Part shown: positions 40,030 to 49,594 of the stretch, one piece after another
How the letters are laid out: every line of letters begins with the position of its first letter
Position numbering within the stretch: the stretch's first letter is position 1
Translations under genes and position numbers: made by a program
The notes under the pieces: generated by a model
Told to the model about the DNA's origin: nothing
The model's database searches: none
Seen by the model: the letters and a program-made list of their open reading frames with translations, nothing else
From: Candidatus Poribacteria bacterium
GTDB taxonomy: Bacteria; Poribacteria; WGA-4E; PCPOR2b
Assembly: GCA_965208425.1 (NCBI GenBank)
Contig: OZ242335.1
Location: 6,151,181-6,215,180, forward strand
Direction of reading: 5' to 3'
Length of the DNA: 64,000 bases

Positions 40030-40863
40030 ATGTTACCGCGCTTTTTAGCCATCGGTCATTTCTGCTACGATGTGGCACCAGATGGATATGTGCTAGGCGG
40101 GGGTGCGGCGTACTCAACGATTACGGCTCGCAACCTCGGCTGCGATGCCTGTGCGGTCACTGCTGTCGGTTCAAATTTTGACCGACAACAGTCGATCCTA
40201 AATGGGGTTGATGTTTCATATCACGAATCGCCTGAAACCACCATTTTTGATAATCGGTATGACTCGCATGGCAAACGTCAACAGCTAATCTTGGGGGTCG
40301 GTGGTGAGTTGCGGGAACACCACATTCCAACCAAGTGGAAAGACACAGACATCGCCTATCTTTGCCCACTTACCGGCGAGGTGGATTCCCCCGTTGCCCA
40401 ATTCTTCAACCGTGCATTAATCGGCGTCACGCCGCAAGGGTGGATGCGTGGGTGGGACGAGAATCATCGGGTGCACCCCAAGCGATGGCACACCGCCGAA
40501 GCCATCCTACCTCACGCAGACGTTCTGATTTTAAGTGAGGAGGATATCGCTGCCTCTCCCGAAGACCTCGAAAAGTATATTCAGTGGACTCGAATCGTAG
40601 TGCTAACGAAGGGACGGCACGGTGCAACGTTGTACGAGAAAGGTCAAATCTTGGAGTCCATCGGCTATCCCGCAGATGAAGTTGACCCGACAGGTGCGGG
40701 GGATGTGTTCGCTGCGGCATTCCTAATCAAATATCACGAGACCCGTTCGCCCCAAGCAGCGTTGAACTTCGCACACTGCACAGCATCATTTGCGGTCGAG
40801 GGGCATGGAACGACAGGAATCCCAACGCTGAATCAGGTCAACACACGCCTCAGAAAAACCTAG
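40030..40863 (+). CDS. PfkB-family carbohydrate/sugar-acid kinase. The start was chosen at 40030 after gggga. The ORF-track start at 39958 overlaps arsC.
   Basis: C-terminal anion-hole motif DPTGAGDVFAAAF. Confidence 0.7.
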   Translation: MLPRFLAIGHFCYDVAPDGYVLGGGAAYSTITARNLGCDACAVTAVGSNFDRQQSILNGVDVSYHESPETTIFDNRYDSHGKRQQLILGVGGELREHHIPTKWKDTDIAYLCPLTGEVDSPVAQFFNRALIGVTPQGWMRGWDENHRVHPKRWHTAEAILPHADVLILSEEDIAASPEDLEKYIQWTRIVVLTKGRHGATLYEKGQILESIGYPADEVDPTGAGDVFAAAFLIKYHETRSPQAALNFAHCTASFAVEGHGTTGIPTLNQVNTRLRKT

Positions 40864-40872
40864 GAATCAAGA

Positions 40873-40965
40873 ACGCTCATATAAAACGAAAGTGCAAAGC
40901 ACGAAGAGAAACCAAGTTTTCAAGAAAAAACTCGGTTTCTTTGCACTAAATCTTAACATGAATGA
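40873..40965. mobile_element. A-family MITE between convergent genes. Probable terminator.
   Basis: About 90% identical to the copy at 2566-2660. Confidence 0.7.
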
Positions 40966-41011
40966 TCAAGAAAATCTCCTTCCATATCCTCCCGCCGACG
41001 CATGATAGCCG

Positions 41012-42976
41012 CTACCACGGTTCTGAATAGGACGGTTCATTCACATAACGTTCAGTAGTCAAATCCAAGGTAATCTCAGCACCCGGCGGAAGCGTGAGAC
41101 GCAGATGTTTGTCGTTTATAGCGGCTGTCTGCGCCTCGGTTGTCAATGGTGGCGGGGCATAGCTGCCGGCGTATCCGCCCAGTTCTCCGGGCCAGTCACT
41201 CGTACGCGTTATGTATTCCGCCGTGCCAAATCGGTGCTCACCGAAACCACCTGCTTGGATGATTAGCTCCCGTCCCTCGTTGGGGTTGAGATTGACTAGA
41301 CGAACAACCGTGCGTGCCGCTTCCAATTTTTCGACCAACGCACCCACATCTTCGGGTAGACCAGGGCGACGACGATGAACATCGAAGTAACGGAGGCGAC
41401 AGTGCAGCAGCCCTCCATTGTAGATCGGCTGTGGAGCACCGAGCGTCAATTGGATTAACGCCTCCGACGAGACCGGGTTGCCCCACTGCCAGTGATGGAC
41501 GTGGTGATGCGTTCCTACCGCTTCATCTTCCCGAAGCAAGGCAAGCCGTCGACACACTATCTGGTGACTGGCGTGGAGGGTGTGTTCAGGATAGGTCGCA
41601 TTCTGTCCCGCCAAATACCGCACCCACGGTTGCTCATGCCCAGAATCCTCCTTGTTGTGGAAGGCAAAGGTTGCGTTCCAGTCGAAAGCCTCCGCACCCC
41701 GAACCCGCTCCATACTCTCCCAGTCTTCGTTTGCCATCGAGAGGTTCCACAACGTTACCATATACACAGGGGAGATAGGCTGCCAGTCAAACCAGCCAGC
41801 ATCTCCGTATCGGTAAGGCACCAAGAAGGTCTCGTACTGATCGCCCATGGAGGCAAACTGGCTATTCCAGCGTTCACTGACGCTCATGTCGAAGTCGCGG
41901 ATGTCCTTCACCTCGCCAAGCTCCAGAATACGATTCATCTGCTGTCGTGGAAGTTCAAGATAGGCGTCGTCGCGGGTCAGCAGATAGGCGTTCGCAGCGG
42001 CGTCAAGCGTTGCTTTCTGAAGCGTCAGGAAGCCGTGCGGAAATGTCCAGCCGTAACGACCGCCATACCACTTGCCGTTACAGTATTCGCCTACCTCTCC
42101 GGAATGTCCGACATTATCTGGCAGGAGTCCGTTGTTCCGCCGGGCTCGCTCGACCCAAGCGTCGGTGTACTCCACCACCCAATCGCGGTACTTCTCCTCA
42201 CCGGTCAGGAGAAAGGTATTCGTAACCAGTGAAGTTATAGACAAGTTTGTCGGCGTGTCTCCCTTCCTCCAGCGATCAAACAGTGCCTGTCCCATGGCGC
42301 GGGCGTTATCTGGATCCCCTAGATCCTGCACAGTGGAGATGCCGGGCAGATCGAAAAAGGGTAAGCTATACCGTTCCATGGTGCTGCCGAGGGGCGCATA
42401 GTTCGCTGTTTCCCGCTCTGACATCGGTGCATAATACGCCCCTTTGCTACCGTTGAGTCCAGAAAGGACGATTTTGTGCTCAGGGTCGTAGTTGATGGCG
42501 TCGGGATCCTCGTTGAGGTAGAAACCCGCAAAACGTTTGGCGCGCTCACGACGCCTGTGTTCATTCGGATGTGCTAGGCAGAGGTGGAAAAAGAGGATGT
42601 CGCTCTCAGACTGGTGCATCTGGTCTTCGCTGATGCCATACTCTTTGTAGACCGTACCGAGGCGCGTCAGCTGCTTGGTGACTGCCTCCCATTGGCGATC
42701 TGCCAACGTGAGTAGATGGTCTCCACCGCCCATCAGGTAGACAAGGGGCCAATTGAAGAAAGGTTCGTAATAGTCGTCGGGACTGCCACCGCCCCATTCG
42801 TCGTTCCAGATGAACTCTCCATCTCCCCGCGTGAAGTGGTTGAGGAAGAGTTGGACAGACTGATTCATTGTATCGAATAGTTGTCGTTCCCAGACCGCCC
42901 AGGAGGGTGGCGTCATGATCGGTACATTAGCAGATATGTTAATCATCAGAAATGCGTGCTCCTTGTGTGGTATCAA
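41012..42976 (-). CDS. Hypothetical 654-aa protein, possibly a glycoside-hydrolase-like fold. Unknown function.
   Basis: Long ORF. No motif recognised. Confidence 0.45.
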   Translation of the reverse strand: MIPHKEHAFLMINISANVPIMTPPSWAVWERQLFDTMNQSVQLFLNHFTRGDGEFIWNDEWGGGSPDDYYEPFFNWPLVYLMGGGDHLLTLADRQWEAVTKQLTRLGTVYKEYGISEDQMHQSESDILFFHLCLAHPNEHRRRERAKRFAGFYLNEDPDAINYDPEHKIVLSGLNGSKGAYYAPMSERETANYAPLGSTMERYSLPFFDLPGISTVQDLGDPDNARAMGQALFDRWRKGDTPTNLSITSLVTNTFLLTGEEKYRDWVVEYTDAWVERARRNNGLLPDNVGHSGEVGEYCNGKWYGGRYGWTFPHGFLTLQKATLDAAANAYLLTRDDAYLELPRQQMNRILELGEVKDIRDFDMSVSERWNSQFASMGDQYETFLVPYRYGDAGWFDWQPISPVYMVTLWNLSMANEDWESMERVRGAEAFDWNATFAFHNKEDSGHEQPWVRYLAGQNATYPEHTLHASHQIVCRRLALLREDEAVGTHHHVHHWQWGNPVSSEALIQLTLGAPQPIYNGGLLHCRLRYFDVHRRRPGLPEDVGALVEKLEAARTVVRLVNLNPNEGRELIIQAGGFGEHRFGTAEYITRTSDWPGELGGYAGSYAPPPLTTEAQTAAINDKHLRLTLPPGAEITLDLTTERYVNEPSYSEPW

Positions 42977-42979
42977 CTC

Positions 42980-43098
42980 ATATATGGTAGATTTTAGAAT
43001 TACTTAGACACTCCCAATACACGCCAACCCCCTAAATCCCCCTTGTCAGGGGGACTTTGGAAACCTCGTAGGGAACGCAGATCTGCGTTCCCTACTGC
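42980..43098. mobile_element. B-family MITE variant carrying a ccccctaaatccccc-ttgtca-gggggactt hairpin and the 28-bp palindrome.
   Basis: Sequence comparison with 45526-45665. Confidence 0.6.
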
Positions 43099-43102
43099 CG
43101 CT

Positions 43103-43996
43103 TTACATATCGCCCCGGTACGGGGTTGGACCCTCCGGTCGATTTTTACGTGGGACCTTTGTCGGATATTTTTCGAGTGCCGCGATCCAAGCCTTCCGCC
43201 ATTCCTCGTACTCGGTTTCGGAATCCGGAGCCAGACGGCTACGGGCATCAAAACTGGGCCAGAAAGCGCGCCCGGTGGGCGTTCCTCTTTTCTGGTAGCG
43301 TATATCCAGACTCCAACGGATGGCATCTGTGCTATTCGTACCCGACGAATGGGGGGTTAGCTTGTGAATAAAGATAACATCTCCCTTTTTCATCGGCACC
43401 GAAACCCAATCCCCATCTGGCAGACTGTCGCCCCAGTATACCGTGCGGTGTTTGTGTATCCGGGGCATCACGCGCAGGCAGCCGTTCTCCTCTGTGGTAT
43501 CGCACAAAGGGATCCACACGGTCAGGACAAAGGTCGCATCCGCTTCCTCATGGAAGAATATTGCATCTTGGTGCCAGAAGACCACATTCGAGTTCCGTCC
43601 CTGCTCTAGGTCCGAAGGCAGCTTCGCCCGTATATGTGTCATAGGACTACAGCAGATCTCTGGACCGATAAGCCCCTCTATTAGATCTAACAATCGCCGG
43701 TTTCGCATAAAGTGAAACGTGCCTTTGCCTCGGATATGCCCTACATCCAAAAATGTATCCGATTCAAAATAGGTTGCTTCGTCTTCATCACATATCCGAG
43801 CGAGACGCGTTTCAAAGGGTTCGTCCTCGTACAGTTCGCTGATTCGACCTTCAGCGTATAGGTCTTTGGCGAGCTTGTCTATAACTCTCTCATAATCCTG
43901 AACCACCGGCTCGAAATCGACATCTTGTAATGCTGCTTCTAGCACCACGTACCCCTCTTCTTTGAAATGCTCAAGCTGTTCCCTTGTCAGTGTCAT
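43103..43996 (-). CDS. Phytanoyl-CoA dioxygenase (PhyH) family Fe(II)/2-oxoglutarate oxygenase.
   Basis: HxD...H pattern (VVFWHQDAIFF ... HSSGTNSTD) and PhyH-like length. Confidence 0.75.
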   Translation of the reverse strand: MTLTREQLEHFKEEGYVVLEAALQDVDFEPVVQDYERVIDKLAKDLYAEGRISELYEDEPFETRLARICDEDEATYFESDTFLDVGHIRGKGTFHFMRNRRLLDLIEGLIGPEICCSPMTHIRAKLPSDLEQGRNSNVVFWHQDAIFFHEEADATFVLTVWIPLCDTTEENGCLRVMPRIHKHRTVYWGDSLPDGDWVSVPMKKGDVIFIHKLTPHSSGTNSTDAIRWSLDIRYQKRGTPTGRAFWPSFDARSRLAPDSETEYEEWRKAWIAALEKYPTKVPRKNRPEGPTPYRGDM

Positions 43997-44318
43997 TCGT
44001 CAGTCCTCTCAGTCAGCAAAAAACATGATTCTATATCTGATTTTAACGGCAGCAAGCCTTGAAACTTTAGGGCAACATTATACGCGGAAGCCATGAAGCT
44101 GTAAAGGGAAATTAGACGCAGCTTTCCACGCTTCTATACCGCTTGCATTTAATATTAGGACGTGATATAATGCCGTATATAGCTGCCAAGCCGGTTCTGG
44201 TAGCAAAGAATAATTCGCTCCCAGATTTTTGGGAGTTTTTTTGTGTATCCAACAAACAGGAGAGATTGACGGAATCGGTGCTGTCCTATCAACAATCTTT
44301 CCTCAACATGAATTCTAT

Positions 44319-44535
44319 CTATAGTGGATCTTAGAATTAATGAGACACTCCAAACCGGTGCGGTTAGGAAAACGAAACTACCCTTCTACCGTTTGGTAGG
44401 CGCTGTTTCTAACTGCGCCTATTCGGTGCGGTTGAAAACCGCACCTACCGGACCCGATAATTAGTTTACCCCGATTTATCGGGGGGATCGAAACCGAGGG
44501 GCGAAAGTGTCTATTTATTTTTAGAATTCAACATA
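44319..44535. mobile_element. B-family MITE. This is the longest copy and carries all sub-hairpins.
   Basis: Sequence comparison. Confidence 0.7.
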
Positions 44536-44551
44536 ATAATCAAATAATAAA

Positions 44552-45541
44552 ATGTACGATAAACTGACAGATGTTAAACTGAAAACTGGCGAGAAGATGG
44601 AAGTCGGCGTTATTATTGCTCCGGACGAAGTGCATGCGGAACAGATTAAACCGTTCTTAGCACACAAGGGAGGTGGCTTCAAATGGCATCTTGAACGCTC
44701 TGTTGTCGAAACACTCGATGATTTGGAGACCCGCTTCTACGTCGGCAAAGTGGACGGAGAAATTATCGCAAACATCATGATAGTTGAACACGGGCACGTC
44801 GGTATTCTTGGGCATGTGTTTACAACACCGACCCAACGTCGTAAGGGCGCTTGTAACTCGGTGATGCGGTTTCAAATGGAGGACTTCCGTCAGCGGGACG
44901 GTGAAGCACTCTACCTCGGAACAGGGTACAACAGTCACCCTTACTATATCTACAACAGTTTTGGCTTTGAGAGTGTTTTCCCCGGTTCGGGCTTCATGAA
45001 ATACCGTGCGGTCGATGACTTCGATGACCGGTACTTTGCCGCGAGTCCTGTTCACGCAAAGGATGTGGTCTGGCACAATTGGTCCAAGATGACTGCCCTA
45101 ACTGGGATCGTAGAGGGCGACTATCTCCGCAGTATCGCATTTGGCATCTACGGACCGGCAAATTTCGAGGGCGGCTTCCTTGGGTTCAAACAAGCGTTGG
45201 AAGATGGGAATATCTACCACGACGCCAAGCTGTTGGAATCGGAGTCCGGGGCAATTGTCGGCGTGGCAACAGTCTCTTGGGATACGCGCTGGCAACCCGA
45301 CACAGCGGTGTTGGACCTATTCGTCCATCCGAACTTTTATGGATCAGCATCGACCCTGCTTGAAGCGATTGATCTCCCAGACACCAAAATCCAGTGTTAT
45401 GTTGAGTCAACCTCAACGCACAAAGCTGAAGCGGTCCAAAATGTAGGATTTCACCACGAAGCGACGTTAAAAAACCAAATCCAACATCAGGATAGGGGTG
45501 TTGATGTGCTGGTTTTTGCACACAACTATAGTGGATTTTAG
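44552..45541 (+). CDS. GNAT-like acyltransferase-fold protein (tandem GNAT halves). Its last 6 codons and stop lie inside a B-family MITE.
   Basis: GNAT core-like segment HVFTTPTQRRKGACNSVM. The ...HNYSGF* tail is encoded by cacaactatagtggattttag. Confidence 0.45.
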   Translation: MYDKLTDVKLKTGEKMEVGVIIAPDEVHAEQIKPFLAHKGGGFKWHLERSVVETLDDLETRFYVGKVDGEIIANIMIVEHGHVGILGHVFTTPTQRRKGACNSVMRFQMEDFRQRDGEALYLGTGYNSHPYYIYNSFGFESVFPGSGFMKYRAVDDFDDRYFAASPVHAKDVVWHNWSKMTALTGIVEGDYLRSIAFGIYGPANFEGGFLGFKQALEDGNIYHDAKLLESESGAIVGVATVSWDTRWQPDTAVLDLFVHPNFYGSASTLLEAIDLPDTKIQCYVESTSTHKAEAVQNVGFHHEATLKNQIQHQDRGVDVLVFAHNYSGF

Positions 45542-45665
45542 AATTAATGAAACACTCCCAGTGCACAACCAACCCCCTAAATCCCCCAACCCCCTAAATC
45601 CCCCAACCCCCTAAATCCCCCTTGTCAGGGGGACTTGGGAAACTCAGGGGGACTTGGGAAGCTGC
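45526..45665. mobile_element. B-family MITE variant carrying a 17-bp tandem repeat (caaccccctaaatcccc x3) and duplicated cagggggacttgggaa units.
   Basis: Seen directly in the sequence. Confidence 0.65.
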
Positions 45666-45748
45666 GCGAAGATCGGAGTTGTTGGCAAATGTCCGCTCAT
45701 TTGTCTAATTCACCATAAATAACCCCGGCACCCGATGCAGCGTATACG

Positions 45749-46774
45749 GTGCCATCAACTATTATGGGGAGAGATCAGATGCTTGGTGTCCAACTTTTGG
45801 GAAATGAGACAGTCACCATCAAAGAATATCCAGAACCAACACTCACCTATAAGAACGATCTATTGATTCAGGTTACGGCGTCAGGAATCTGTGGCAGTGA
45901 GATGCACGGCTACCGCAGCCCAACTCCTCACACATCCAACGGCGGACACGAAGTCGCAGGAGAGGTCATTGACGCGGGCAGATCAACAAAATTCAAGGTT
46001 GGAGATCGCGTTGGCATTCACGCTGTTTGGGGGTGCGGGGATTGTCGGTGGTGCGGAGTTGGACAATATACCTCTTGTAAAAACCGCATAGGCCGCGATT
46101 TGGGAACTCATGTGGAACGGTTCGCTGCGCCAGATCACGTTTGTCTCAAGCTGCCTGAAGATGTTCCGTTTGATATAGGAGTGCTCCTGACCGGCGATGG
46201 CTGTGGGGTGCCTTATCGCGTTAGTCAACGCCTTAGCACCAAAGGCGGGGATTTTGTGTGCGTCTTGGGAGCCGGTCCCGTAGGGCTTGGAAATACCATA
46301 GTGCAATCGTTCTTGGGTGCAGAAGTGATAGTTATTGACATCAACGACTATCGACTCTCCCTTGCAAAGGAAGCCGGTGCCGCACACACTATTAACTCAA
46401 AGAATACCGACCCCCTTGAGGCGATCACGGAAATTACCCACGGCATGCTTGTGGACAAGTGCATCGAGGCAGCTGGACGTCCGGAGACGCTTAAGCTAGC
46501 CTTCACCTTAGCTGCGGTGGCAGGGACTATTATGTGCGTTGGCGAGCAGGGCGAGCTGCCGATCAGTCCAAGCCGTGATCTTATTCGGAAGAACCTCACA
46601 TTGATGGGGAGTTGGTTCTATCACTATTCAGAATATCCTGCTATGCTTGATCTGTATCGACGCGGTTTACCTATTGGACGGATGATTACCGATCATTTTC
46701 CACTTGTCGAAGCACAGACAGCGTTTAGCAAATTTGCCAATGGCGAAGCGGGCAAGGTAATGCTTGAACCGTAA
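45749..46774 (+). CDS. Zinc-dependent alcohol/polyol dehydrogenase (MDR family).
   Basis: GICGSEMHGY catalytic-Zn motif, structural Cys cluster CGDCRWC, and GAGPVGLG Rossmann. Confidence 0.85.
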   Translation: MPSTIMGRDQMLGVQLLGNETVTIKEYPEPTLTYKNDLLIQVTASGICGSEMHGYRSPTPHTSNGGHEVAGEVIDAGRSTKFKVGDRVGIHAVWGCGDCRWCGVGQYTSCKNRIGRDLGTHVERFAAPDHVCLKLPEDVPFDIGVLLTGDGCGVPYRVSQRLSTKGGDFVCVLGAGPVGLGNTIVQSFLGAEVIVIDINDYRLSLAKEAGAAHTINSKNTDPLEAITEITHGMLVDKCIEAAGRPETLKLAFTLAAVAGTIMCVGEQGELPISPSRDLIRKNLTLMGSWFYHYSEYPAMLDLYRRGLPIGRMITDHFPLVEAQTAFSKFANGEAGKVMLEP

Positions 46775-46892
46775 CTGGTAAATTTGATGTTGACACGGTT
46801 TTGGTGCAATGATATATTTTCTTTTGGATTATAGATAGATACGAGCTTTTCTCATAAGCAGTACGGAACGAGCAATACGTAAAGGAGAAGTA

Positions 46893-47684
46893 ATGGATCT
46901 CGGACTCAAGGATAAAGTTGCAGTCATTGGGGCATCAAGCAAAGGGCTCGGCAAAGCCATCGCGCTCGGTCTAGCGGCAGAAGGCGCGAAGGTGACAATC
47001 TGTGCGCGGGAAGCGGATACGTTGGAGGCGACCGCTGCTGAAATTGATAAAAAAACGGGGGCGGAAGTCTTGGCAGTCCCAGCGGATGTTAGCCAACCAG
47101 ATCAGGTTAGTGGGTTGATTGCCAAAGCCATCGATCGATTCGGCGGAATTGATATTCTGGTCAGTAACGCCGGCGGTCCCAGAGCGGGTCGGTTCGCAGA
47201 TCTATCTCCCGAAGATTACCAAGCCGCACTGCATCTTAACCTGCTCAGCACAATTAATCTGTGCCGTGGTGTTGTGCCGAGCATGAAGGCACGAGGAGGG
47301 GGTCGCATAATCAATCTCACCTCTATTTCCGTCAAACAGCCGGTAGATGGATTGATGCTATCCAATATGGCGCGGACCGGCGTCATCGGGTTCGCCAAAA
47401 CACTTGCGTCCGAACTTGCATCCGAGAATATTCTTATAAATAATGTCTGTCCGGGGGTCATCTTTACCGATCGAATTAAACAGTTAGCCACTGTGAGGGC
47501 AGAGGAGGCGGGGATCACGTATGAGGAAGCCCTCGAAAATATGACCCAAGATATACCACTTGGTCGGATCGGTGATCCGAAGGAATTCGCCAATCTCGTT
47601 GTGTTCCTCGCCTCCGACCGCGCGAGTTATATCACCGGCACCACAATCCAAGTGGATGGCGGTATGGCAAAGGGGCTGTTATAA
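46893..47684 (+). CDS. SDR-family oxidoreductase.
   Basis: VIGASSKGLGKAIA glycine motif, NAG, YxxxK region. Confidence 0.85.
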   Translation: MDLGLKDKVAVIGASSKGLGKAIALGLAAEGAKVTICAREADTLEATAAEIDKKTGAEVLAVPADVSQPDQVSGLIAKAIDRFGGIDILVSNAGGPRAGRFADLSPEDYQAALHLNLLSTINLCRGVVPSMKARGGGRIINLTSISVKQPVDGLMLSNMARTGVIGFAKTLASELASENILINNVCPGVIFTDRIKQLATVRAEEAGITYEEALENMTQDIPLGRIGDPKEFANLVVFLASDRASYITGTTIQVDGGMAKGLL

Positions 47685-48437
47685 TTGAGAAAGCCGGGAC
47701 AACCGGTGAGTGGAGATACCGCACACCGTCCCCCAACCCTGTCGGTCATCATCCCAGCCTTTAATGAGGCAAGGACAATTCGGCAGGTTGTTGAAGCGGT
47801 TAAGGAAATACCAATCGACACGGAAATCATCGTTGTCAACGATGGCTCGACCGATGAGACATCTGAGATCTTGGAGCAGATGCGCGATGAACCGAAGTTA
47901 AAAATCCTTCAGTGCGCAGAGAATCGTGGAAAAGGGGGCGCGATTCGGCTTGGACTGGAACAGATCACCGGTGAGTTTGTGGTCATTCAAGACGCCGATC
48001 TTGAACTCTGTCCGAGAGATCTGATACTAATTCTAGAAACGTTGCAAAAAGGTATTACCAAAGTGGTCTACGGTTCAAGATTCCTGAACGGTAAAAAACG
48101 GGCAAGCCTGAAAACCTACATAGCGAATCGTATGCTTGCTAGTTTTACAAATCTGTTGTATCATGTTCGCATCACTGACGAGGCAACATGTTACAAAGCA
48201 TTTAACACAAGGCTGATAACCAGTCTCAATCTTACCGCTCAGGGGTTTGAGTTTTGCCCAGAAGTAACGGCGAAGGTGCTACGCGCAGGTTATCATATCC
48301 ATGAAGTGCCCATTTCCTATTTTCCACGCACAAAGGGTGGTGGAAAAAAACTCCAATTCTGGCGGGAGGGCATTCGCGCAGGGTGGATCCTGCTCAAATA
48401 TCGTTTTGTCCCCACGTCGAAAATCCTTAAAAAATAA
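47685..48437 (+). CDS. Family-2 glycosyltransferase (polyprenyl-phosphate sugar transferase-like). Probable TTG/GTG start.
   Basis: LSVIIPAFNEA ... VVNDGSTDET ... QDADL. Confidence 0.8.
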   Translation: MRKPGQPVSGDTAHRPPTLSVIIPAFNEARTIRQVVEAVKEIPIDTEIIVVNDGSTDETSEILEQMRDEPKLKILQCAENRGKGGAIRLGLEQITGEFVVIQDADLELCPRDLILILETLQKGITKVVYGSRFLNGKKRASLKTYIANRMLASFTNLLYHVRITDEATCYKAFNTRLITSLNLTAQGFEFCPEVTAKVLRAGYHIHEVPISYFPRTKGGGKKLQFWREGIRAGWILLKYRFVPTSKILKK

Positions 48438-48446
48438 GCAGTGTTT

Positions 48447-48516
48447 GTAGTGGACCTTAGAATTACTGAGACACGCCAAACCGGTGCGGTTGAAAACCGC
48501 ACCTACCGGGGGACGC
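48447..48516. mobile_element. B-family MITE, short form.
   Basis: Sequence comparison. Confidence 0.65.
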
Positions 48517-48663
48517 TTAAAAAAACAGGTTGTGTCAAATAAAAAAATAATCCAATTTTAGCAAAGTTGAATGACTGCCACCTATCCGAATTGTATTTCG
48601 TCAATTTTGCTGTGAAATGTAACCGACGGAACACCCCTAACTCAAATAAGGAGGGAGACGCAA

Positions 48664-49086
48664 ATGGCAGAACAAGTGAAACGCGAAGTGACTTTGAACA
48701 TTCCGATACACCCCAATATGGAATTAGTCGCTGCGCATACCGCTTCTATCCTCGCGGAAATCATGGAGTTTGAAGAGAATCACATTGATGAGATTCAGTT
48801 GGCTATTATTGAAACCTGTATCAACGCTTTTGAACATAGTAATAGCAAAGACAGTAAAGTGACAGTCACCTATGTTCTCACCGATGATGAGTTGGAGCTA
48901 AAAATTACAGATCACGGCATCGGATTTGGTATGGAACAAGCCAAGTTTTTAACGGGAGAAGCTACGGCTCGCGCCATGCAAAAACGTGGGTGGGGCTTGG
49001 AGATTATTCGGGAGATGATGGATGAAGTGGGCATTGACAGTAGTGATGAAGGCACAACCATCACAATGCTGAAAAAAAGGATTTAA
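48664..49086 (+). CDS. Anti-sigma regulatory factor / Ser-protein kinase (RsbW-like HATPase_c).
   Basis: N-box ETCINAFEH and G-box DHGIGF. Confidence 0.75.
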   Translation: MAEQVKREVTLNIPIHPNMELVAAHTASILAEIMEFEENHIDEIQLAIIETCINAFEHSNSKDSKVTVTYVLTDDELELKITDHGIGFGMEQAKFLTGEATARAMQKRGWGLEIIREMMDEVGIDSSDEGTTITMLKKRI

Positions 49087-49140
49087 TTAAAAATAGAAGA
49101 CACATTCACCACCCAAAAATTTTGACGAAGGAGGACACAA

Positions 49141-49485
49141 ATGGCAACATCTTTCAATGTCAACACCCGCACCGAAGACGGTTACGCCGTTATTGAAACG
49201 GATGGATACCTCAACGGTCCCACGGGTGAAAAACTCGCCGAAACTGCTAAAGATCTACTGAATCAAGGATACGGCACACTTGTGATTAATCTTGAGAAAA
49301 CCCGACTCGTTAACAGCATCGGTATTTCCATCTTGATTGAGGTTATTGAATTCCTTCAAGAGCACGGCGGGGCGCTGCATTTCTGCCACTTAACACCCGT
49401 CATTGAGCGGACGTTCAAAATGATGGGGCTTGCTCAACATGCCGAGATCCATCCCGATGAGGCGTCTGCAACCACCGACCTTTAA
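49141..49485 (+). CDS. STAS-domain anti-sigma-factor antagonist (RsbV/SpoIIAA-like).
   Basis: STAS fold features, conserved phospho-Ser region NSIGISILIEV. Confidence 0.8.
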   Translation: MATSFNVNTRTEDGYAVIETDGYLNGPTGEKLAETAKDLLNQGYGTLVINLEKTRLVNSIGISILIEVIEFLQEHGGALHFCHLTPVIERTFKMMGLAQHAEIHPDEASATTDL

Positions 49486-49594
49486 TTGGATTGTTTGGGC
49501 ACGACTGATCCGAATCAACCGATAACGCTATCGGTATCTTCACAATCTGCGATGAATTATCAATCTCAATCAACCAGTCAGAGGTAATTAAGAG

